This document shows, in pieces, positions 43,763 to 48,758 of a stretch of 48,758 bases of DNA. Numbering within the stretch: position 1 is the first letter of the stretch; every line of letters begins with the position of its first letter. The position numbers and the translations under genes are program-made. A model generated the notes under the pieces. It saw only the letters and a program-made list of their open reading frames with translations. It was not told where the DNA came from and did not search any database. The DNA is taken from positions 1-48,758 of IMG/VR virus record IMGVR_UViG_3300027902_000002; one strand, given 5' to 3'. The DNA is from a virus. Lineage: Duplodnaviria; Caudoviricetes.

Positions 43763-44752
43763 TTAGATTACTGGGCTTGTAGTGGACCACACATAGCATG
43801 AGCAGCTTGGAGTGGCTGTTAATGGCTTAGCGGCTGTCCAGTCGAACCCGATTTTAACTGTACTGTCCGTAAGTGGGTCGAAAGTTATTTTATTGTAATA
43901 TGCCTCTGGCCAGCTCATAACCATCTTAAATGGTGTGGTTCCGCTAATCATACCTCCAGAAAGGTTTAAACCAAGAGTTACGGGTGTTGCGGATGATTGC
44001 ATGGAAGTCGCTGTGCTGGTTCCTAAGAACCTTTTGTACTCTGAATCACCGTCGAATAGGAGTGTCATGGTTCCTGTGGTCTTGAAATCTGTTGGTATGA
44101 TGTAGGTGGGGTCTCTGCTGGCATTCATGGTCTTAACGGAGTCCGTTGCCCTATCTATGGTTATATCCATTGTTTCTACCATTGTGGAAGGGGTGCCGTC
44201 TAAGGTTACGCCAGCGTCTAAGAAGGTGAATGCGGTGTTAGTTCCGTAGCTGGGTGTGAATAGGTCAAGGCTTCGGTCAACTCCCTTGGATAACCATGTG
44301 GTATCCATTTCTACGGGTTTTCCCTCTGCTAAGTTTATTTTAAGGGTTTTAAGTTTGGCGTATGGGAATCTGTCGGGTGTTGTGGGGCCTAAACCCAGAA
44401 CTACGCTGTATGCTGGTATGTCTGACTGGTTTATGCTGTATGTGTGCTGCCATGCGGTAGCGGTGATTATTGGGGTCGTTACAACCGTTCCGAAGGCTGC
44501 ATTGAGCATTGTTTCCAAACCACCGCCGGGGTAGGCGGCCATTTTCATGGACCCTGTGCTCTCTTGGCCTGTTCTTATCGGCTTAACAGTTGATTCCATC
44601 TGTTTCCTGTATTCTTTGGGGTAATCGTGGGTTGGCTGGGTGTCAAAGTTTGCGTCCGTTACTGAAATCCACATCGTGGGCGTAACGGGCGAAGCAGAGT
44701 TTACTTGGTATCCTAAACCAATATAACCCAGTTTCCCGCTGTAAATTACCAT
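43763..44752 (-). CDS. Major tail tube protein
   Basis: 329 aa, beta-rich; after tail terminator and before chaperones; no sheath gene present. Confidence 0.82.
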   Translation of the reverse strand: MVIYSGKLGYIGLGYQVNSASPVTPTMWISVTDANFDTQPTHDYPKEYRKQMESTVKPIRTGQESTGSMKMAAYPGGGLETMLNAAFGTVVTTPIITATAWQHTYSINQSDIPAYSVVLGLGPTTPDRFPYAKLKTLKINLAEGKPVEMDTTWLSKGVDRSLDLFTPSYGTNTAFTFLDAGVTLDGTPSTMVETMDITIDRATDSVKTMNASRDPTYIIPTDFKTTGTMTLLFDGDSEYKRFLGTSTATSMQSSATPVTLGLNLSGGMISGTTPFKMVMSWPEAYYNKITFDPLTDSTVKIGFDWTAAKPLTATPSCSCYVWSTTSPVI

Positions 44753-44754
44753 GT

Positions 44755-44958
44755 TTAATCATCTCCTTTAGTTTTTGGTGTTTTGGGACGGCCTGCGGGC
44801 TGGGATTGAACCTTCACAAATTCAGGTGAATAGTCCGCTATTTCGGCCTGCTCCTCATTTAAATCTACTATTTCATCAGGTGCCGTTACTCCGATGGTAT
44901 CGGTGTATTTAGGCATCGCTCCAATGAATTTATATTTAACCATCGTATCATCCTCCAT
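44755..44958 (-). CDS. Small hypothetical tail-region protein
   Basis: GGAGG RBS before MVKYKFIG; usual position ahead of the tube gene. Confidence 0.6.
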   Translation of the reverse strand: MEDDTMVKYKFIGAMPKYTDTIGVTAPDEIVDLNEEQAEIADYSPEFVKVQSQPAGRPKTPKTKGDD

Positions 44959-44960
44959 TT

Positions 44961-45353
44961 TTATCTAAACGCTCTCTGCAATTCCATAACGAAGTATTCA
45001 TCGAACTTACCGCTCTGAGAGGCCACAGCGTCTCTTAAATAGTGTGCTTTACGTCCCGCGGTGTGCTGGAAACTTTCATCATACTCTTGAATGTAAGAAT
45101 AATCGTAGCCCTTCGGAGACTTCGCCGTAAAGCCAACGGTGCCTTTTACTTCATCTATTCCTGGTTCAACGTAACTGTAACCACTGTTTTCGAGTATGCC
45201 TTTATCTTTGGGGACGGTTGGTTTTGCGGTGGTAAGAATGTCTTGAAGTGTCTTAGACATGGCGACCACCTCCATTTCCGGAATCTTCCATGCCAAAGAC
45301 TGTAAATAAAGCTCCGTGTTCCGCGTGTCGGCTTTTATCGTTAAATAAACCAT
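44961..45353 (-). CDS. Neck/tail completion protein (HK97 gp10-like)
   Basis: VPKDKG.LENS, Y..IQE, KAHYLRDA. Confidence 0.78.
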   Translation of the reverse strand: MVYLTIKADTRNTELYLQSLAWKIPEMEVVAMSKTLQDILTTAKPTVPKDKGILENSGYSYVEPGIDEVKGTVGFTAKSPKGYDYSYIQEYDESFQHTAGRKAHYLRDAVASQSGKFDEYFVMELQRAFR

Positions 45354-45363
45354 GGCAGCCCTC

Positions 45364-45819
45364 CTATAATCTGTTTACATACATTTGAACGTTAAACGTG
45401 ATTTCAGTCGCCCAGCTAACCGATTTAACACTGGCACCGGCTCGTTGGTAGTTATAGTTGATTCCGGCTACTTCGCTGTCGGTTACGGTTCCATTTAACA
45501 TTATATTACTATGAGTTTCTAATATCTCCGTTGCGAGGTTTGTTATGTGATTGGCTTGGTCTATGGCATCTTCCACTCCTATCTGCTCCGAATAGCAACG
45601 GATTTTAAATTCCACGATTAATTCCTTCTTCCCAGTCTCGAATGTTCCTTGGAGACGTCGGTTTTGCTCAACGCTTATCCCCGGGAACTCGTTAGCTGTT
45701 CTGAAGGCCCAGTCAGTGTTGTATATGCTGTTCGCTGGGACTATGGCGGTTAATGAGATGTTGGAAGATAGTATGGTTATGATTGCGTCTTTCGCTGCCT
45801 TAATGGCCTCATAATCCAT
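45364..45819 (-). CDS. Tail terminator protein
   Basis: FP.ISV, LNGTV motifs; position in neck module. Confidence 0.7.
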   Translation of the reverse strand: MDYEAIKAAKDAIITILSSNISLTAIVPANSIYNTDWAFRTANEFPGISVEQNRRLQGTFETGKKELIVEFKIRCYSEQIGVEDAIDQANHITNLATEILETHSNIMLNGTVTDSEVAGINYNYQRAGASVKSVSWATEITFNVQMYVNRL

Positions 45820-45821
45820 AT

Positions 45822-46544
45822 TCAGTCCTCCTGTCTCTGAGTAAAGGCATAATAATCCTCTGTTTCCTCAAACTCGCCTATATTATCATCTACGTGTGCA
45901 TTGATGGATGATGATGGTCCTATTTCTTTAAAGGATAATAGACTGGTTTTAGCGTCGGCTATAAGTCCATCTCCATAAGGTAGGAGCGTGGCGTCGGGTG
46001 TGCTTACGGTGTACTTCCATTTCCAGAGTAACCCGGCTGCCCAATCCAGTATAGCGTCATCCACAACCTCATTATTACTTGGGAGGTCATTAGGGCCGTT
46101 TAAATATAATTCTCTTGCAGCCTTTCGCATAGCCTTAATTATATAAGTCTCGACCATGTCCTCCGTTACGTCATAGCGAGCCGGGTCTGTTGTATTTAGC
46201 ACCCAGCCCTCTAGGTCGGTCATTACATCCTCAACGGTTACGTTTGCGTTGTTGACAACGAAAACCTGACTTGCTACGCCTTTTTTGGTACTCCCATAAG
46301 TAAAATTTACGGTCAATTGATGGCGTTCTAAGACGTGCGATGACCCGTGCATGGCGTTATCAGTGTCTGATAGGCTTACTAAGTACCATGGGGTGGTTGG
46401 AGTGAATGCTGTCGCTGATTTGATGGTGTCTCCGGTTGCCATGTCCTTAACTGTATACGTTCCGGCTGAGGGCTGCACGGGTGTACTGTTTTCATCAAAG
46501 AAGCTCACAGTATGGAAACTGCTGGTAGCGGCCCTAATTATCAT
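45822..46544 (-). CDS. Head-tail adaptor with N-terminal Ig-like domain
   Basis: N-terminal beta-sandwich (~100 aa) followed by helical adaptor-like TVEDV...AILDWAA.LLW. Confidence 0.65.
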   Translation of the reverse strand: MIIRAATSSFHTVSFFDENSTPVQPSAGTYTVKDMATGDTIKSATAFTPTTPWYLVSLSDTDNAMHGSSHVLERHQLTVNFTYGSTKKGVASQVFVVNNANVTVEDVMTDLEGWVLNTTDPARYDVTEDMVETYIIKAMRKAARELYLNGPNDLPSNNEVVDDAILDWAAGLLWKWKYTVSTPDATLLPYGDGLIADAKTSLLSFKEIGPSSSINAHVDDNIGEFEETEDYYAFTQRQED

Positions 46545-46557
46545 CCTTAACCTCCAA

Positions 46558-46971
46558 TTACACCGCTGTTATATCCAAATCGCCAACGGCGAATGATACT
46601 GTGTCTCCAACGGTAACGGTCTTTGATGGTGATACCGTTCCGAATGCGAGGGGTGTTCCGGTCCCGGGCGTGGCATTGCCGTACCCATATAGGGCGAAAT
46701 ATGCAATTGTACCCCAAGTCGCCACAGAACAGGCGTTAAAGGTAATGGCGTTTGCATTGTCCGTTAATCCGGCTGAGGCTGTTACCCAGTCCGCACCGGC
46801 GGTTATTTTACGCATATAGCTGTTCACTGTACTTGGCTCGGTTCCTGAGAGTCCGCCACGGGTAAAGTCGGTTGTGCTGAGTGCTACGTAGGTAGTGGGC
46901 ATCGTCCATGACGTCTTTCCGGTTAAATGGTCCAGTAAGTAGTTTTCTCCTTGGTATGTTAAACTTCCCAT
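46558..46971 (-). CDS. Fibre-associated structural protein
   Basis: ENYLLDH, YVAL.T, N.NAITF...WGTI..FA, KTV..GDT.SF..GDL.I pattern seen next to phage fibre genes. Confidence 0.75.
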   Translation of the reverse strand: MGSLTYQGENYLLDHLTGKTSWTMPTTYVALSTTDFTRGGLSGTEPSTVNSYMRKITAGADWVTASAGLTDNANAITFNACSVATWGTIAYFALYGYGNATPGTGTPLAFGTVSPSKTVTVGDTVSFAVGDLDITAV

Positions 46972-46992
46972 TATTTCATCTCCTTATTTTAA

Positions 46993-48660
46993 TCAATTAT
47001 TAAACTCTCCTTTCGGATTTGAAGTGTTAATCTCGCTCCGTGGAGCCATAGCAGTGATGCTGGCTGTTCCTTCACTTCCTAAGGCCCTTATACCCGGATT
47101 CGTTGTTAAGACTGAAACCCGGGCGTCTTGGGCTGTTATATGAGCCTCAACCACTCCATAGACCGGTACGGTCAGAGTGGCTGAGGCTGAGGTGATGACC
47201 GCCAAATTGCCCACCAATCGGTAGGTTGCTCCAAGTTTGGCGAGTGGTACCACATTTATAGCAATATTGGCCGTCGCTCCAATCTTCTTTTTGAGGAGGC
47301 CGGTTGCTGTTGTAGAAACCGCTATACTTCCAGTAAATGGCTTCTGTGCCGTTAATACTGACGTGGCGGATGTGTTAATGGCTATTAAGCCGTGTGCTTG
47401 CTTAATCCCAGCCGCGAAGGCGGCGGTCAAACTGGTCGTTATTCCAACTGTACCGTACAGTTTGCGACTGGATTTAAGTAAAGCGACCGTGCTGATTGTT
47501 ATATCAGTAGTGGCGTGTAATTTAGCAGATAAATATTTTAGGTGCGAAACCGTATTTAAAGCAATATCCACAGAGCCATATACGGGTCGGGCTGCCTTTA
47601 AAACCGCCGCATCGCTGGTGGTTATGGTTATAAGACCATGTAAAAGGGTAATACCTTTGGATAATTTACCGGCCGTGCTGGTAGTGATTCCTATTATACC
47701 TGATGCTCGACGGGTTGCACTTAAAACCGAACTATCTGAGACTGTTATATCAGCGGTGCCGTGTAACTTACCAAGCAAATACTTCAAATGTGCTGCATTG
47801 CTGGTTGTTATGTCAATCGTTCCATGAGCAGCCACAGAACCAGCTTTACTCAACACACCGGCAGTGGTTGAGGTAATGGCGGCTGTACCGGCGAGCCTCC
47901 AAGCAGATTTAAGATGCTCGGATGGTAAAGTAACCGTTACACCCGTAGAACCTAAAACGTGGGCAGGTGCGTACTTAATTAGTCCTGCGGTGCTGGTTGT
48001 GATGCCTATTGCACCGGTTAACTTAACAGACTTTATTAAACGTGATGTAGGAAGGTTAACGGTTGCGGTTAGTGTTCCTACGAGTTTCTCGGCTTCCTTT
48101 AAAACCGTGGTAGGTAGGGAGACCGTAGCACCCGTGGAACCAGCTAAGTGTGCTGGGCTGTACTTTATTAGTCCTGTGGCTGTGCTGGTGATTCCAATAG
48201 TTCCATAGGCTCGTTTGGTAATCTTCAAAGGCACGTTTGAGGTGGTTACGGTTACGCCTGTGCTTCCAACGGCTTTTAAAGCCGCCTTCATAGTTCCCGC
48301 GGTGGTGGTGGTAATATCCACGGAGCCGGTTATATACTTAGTTACACCGCCCGCTACAACCGTAACGGACCCAGCAAGGGTTGTGGTCTCTGCTATAAGT
48401 CCTTTGGCTCCTCTAACAACTTTAATTATTTCCGTTGGGAAATTGACTGTAACGCCCGTACTGGCTATAAGCCGCCCGGGTAAGTAGTGAATAACTCCAG
48501 CTGTACTTGTGGTTACTCCAATCGTACCATAAGCTTTAGTGGTTCGTTTTAAAGGTACGTTGGCAGTTGTTACGCTGATAGCAGCCGAAGCAAGCAATTT
48601 CTTAGTTGCTTTCAGAACCCCGGCTGCTGTGCTGGTTATACCTATAACGCCGTACGCAAG
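46993..48660 (-). CDS. 3' part of the junction-spanning ~1027-aa fibre (repeat stalk)
   Basis: Same frame as 1417..2; ~20-aa G-x-I-x-I-T-T-x-x-x-G/A-x-L repeats. Confidence 0.88.
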   Translation of the reverse strand, partial: LAYGVIGITSTAAGVLKATKKLLASAAISVTTANVPLKRTTKAYGTIGVTTSTAGVIHYLPGRLIASTGVTVNFPTEIIKVVRGAKGLIAETTTLAGSVTVVAGGVTKYITGSVDITTTTAGTMKAALKAVGSTGVTVTTSNVPLKITKRAYGTIGITSTATGLIKYSPAHLAGSTGATVSLPTTVLKEAEKLVGTLTATVNLPTSRLIKSVKLTGAIGITTSTAGLIKYAPAHVLGSTGVTVTLPSEHLKSAWRLAGTAAITSTTAGVLSKAGSVAAHGTIDITTSNAAHLKYLLGKLHGTADITVSDSSVLSATRRASGIIGITTSTAGKLSKGITLLHGLITITTSDAAVLKAARPVYGSVDIALNTVSHLKYLSAKLHATTDITISTVALLKSSRKLYGTVGITTSLTAAFAAGIKQAHGLIAINTSATSVLTAQKPFTGSIAVSTTATGLLKKKIGATANIAINVVPLAKLGATYRLVGNLAVITSASATLTVPVYGVVEAHITAQDARVSVLTTNPGIRALGSEGTASITAMAPRSEINTSNPKGEFNN

Positions 48661-48758
48661 TTTAGTTATTTTAAGTGGTACGGACGCAGTGGTGGTAGTT
48701 TCAGTAACTGTACCATGAGCATTAGCCGGGCTGAATTGTAGGTGTGCTGGAAGAGTAG
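48660..48758 (+). repeat. Terminal direct repeat, right copy (circular assembly overlap)
   Basis: Identical to 1..99. Confidence 0.97.

Larger units (their letters stand above)
1..48758. mobile_element. Complete tailed archaeal virus genome (siphovirus-like Caudoviricetes), probable host Methanobacteriales
   Basis: Full set of terminase, portal, capsid, neck, tail tube, tape measure and lysis genes; identical 99-bp ends; an ORF reads in frame across the junction; pseudomurein endopeptidase and HMf-like histone indicate the host group. Confidence 0.93.

Noticed and set aside
39350-48487. Plus-strand ORFs opposite tape measure, tail tube and fibre (e.g. 39647..40171, 41708..42118, 47237..47827)
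   Set aside because: Antisense to well-supported genes; no evident RBS or recognisable motifs
48660-48758. 99-bp terminal repeat as a biological DTR or att site
   Set aside because: It falls inside a continuous coding sequence and 99 is a common assembler k-mer size; best explained as circular overlap
1-48758. tRNA genes, true CRISPR arrays, IS elements, integrase
   Set aside because: No cloverleaf, regularly spaced repeat array, transposase or recombinase motifs seen by eye; tRNAscan-SE and CRISPR finders were not run

Overview
The window is a complete circularly assembled genome (48,659 bp unique plus a 99-bp terminal overlap) of a tailed archaeal virus (Caudoviricetes, siphovirus-type tail). 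The pseudomurein endoisopeptidase with pseudomurein-binding repeats, the HMf-type histone, TATA promoters and GGAGGTGA ribosome-binding sites point to a pseudomurein-walled methanogen host (Methanobacteriales). Nearly all genes are on the minus strand. In transcription order they run: structured leader RNA (~31.1 kb), small early genes, single-strand annealing protein, regulators, three glycosyltransferases plus methyltransferases, TFB-type Zn-ribbon protein, histone, membrane proteins, TerS/TerL, portal, a MuF protein carrying an ADP-ribosyltransferase and a HipA/PI3K-like kinase, protease-scaffold, capsid, a 1027-aa fibre that spans the contig junction, neck/tail genes with a -1 frameshift chaperone, tape measure with a peptidase domain, tail-tip proteins, a papain-like peptidase and the endolysin. 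I recognised no integrase, DNA polymerase, primase, helicase or DNA methyltransferase. The most notable items are the multi-effector MuF protein, a divergent viral histone next to a TFB Zn-ribbon protein, two candidate structured RNAs, the glycosylation cluster, and apparent avoidance of GATC and GCGC. All assignments come from reading motifs by eye; no database searches were run.
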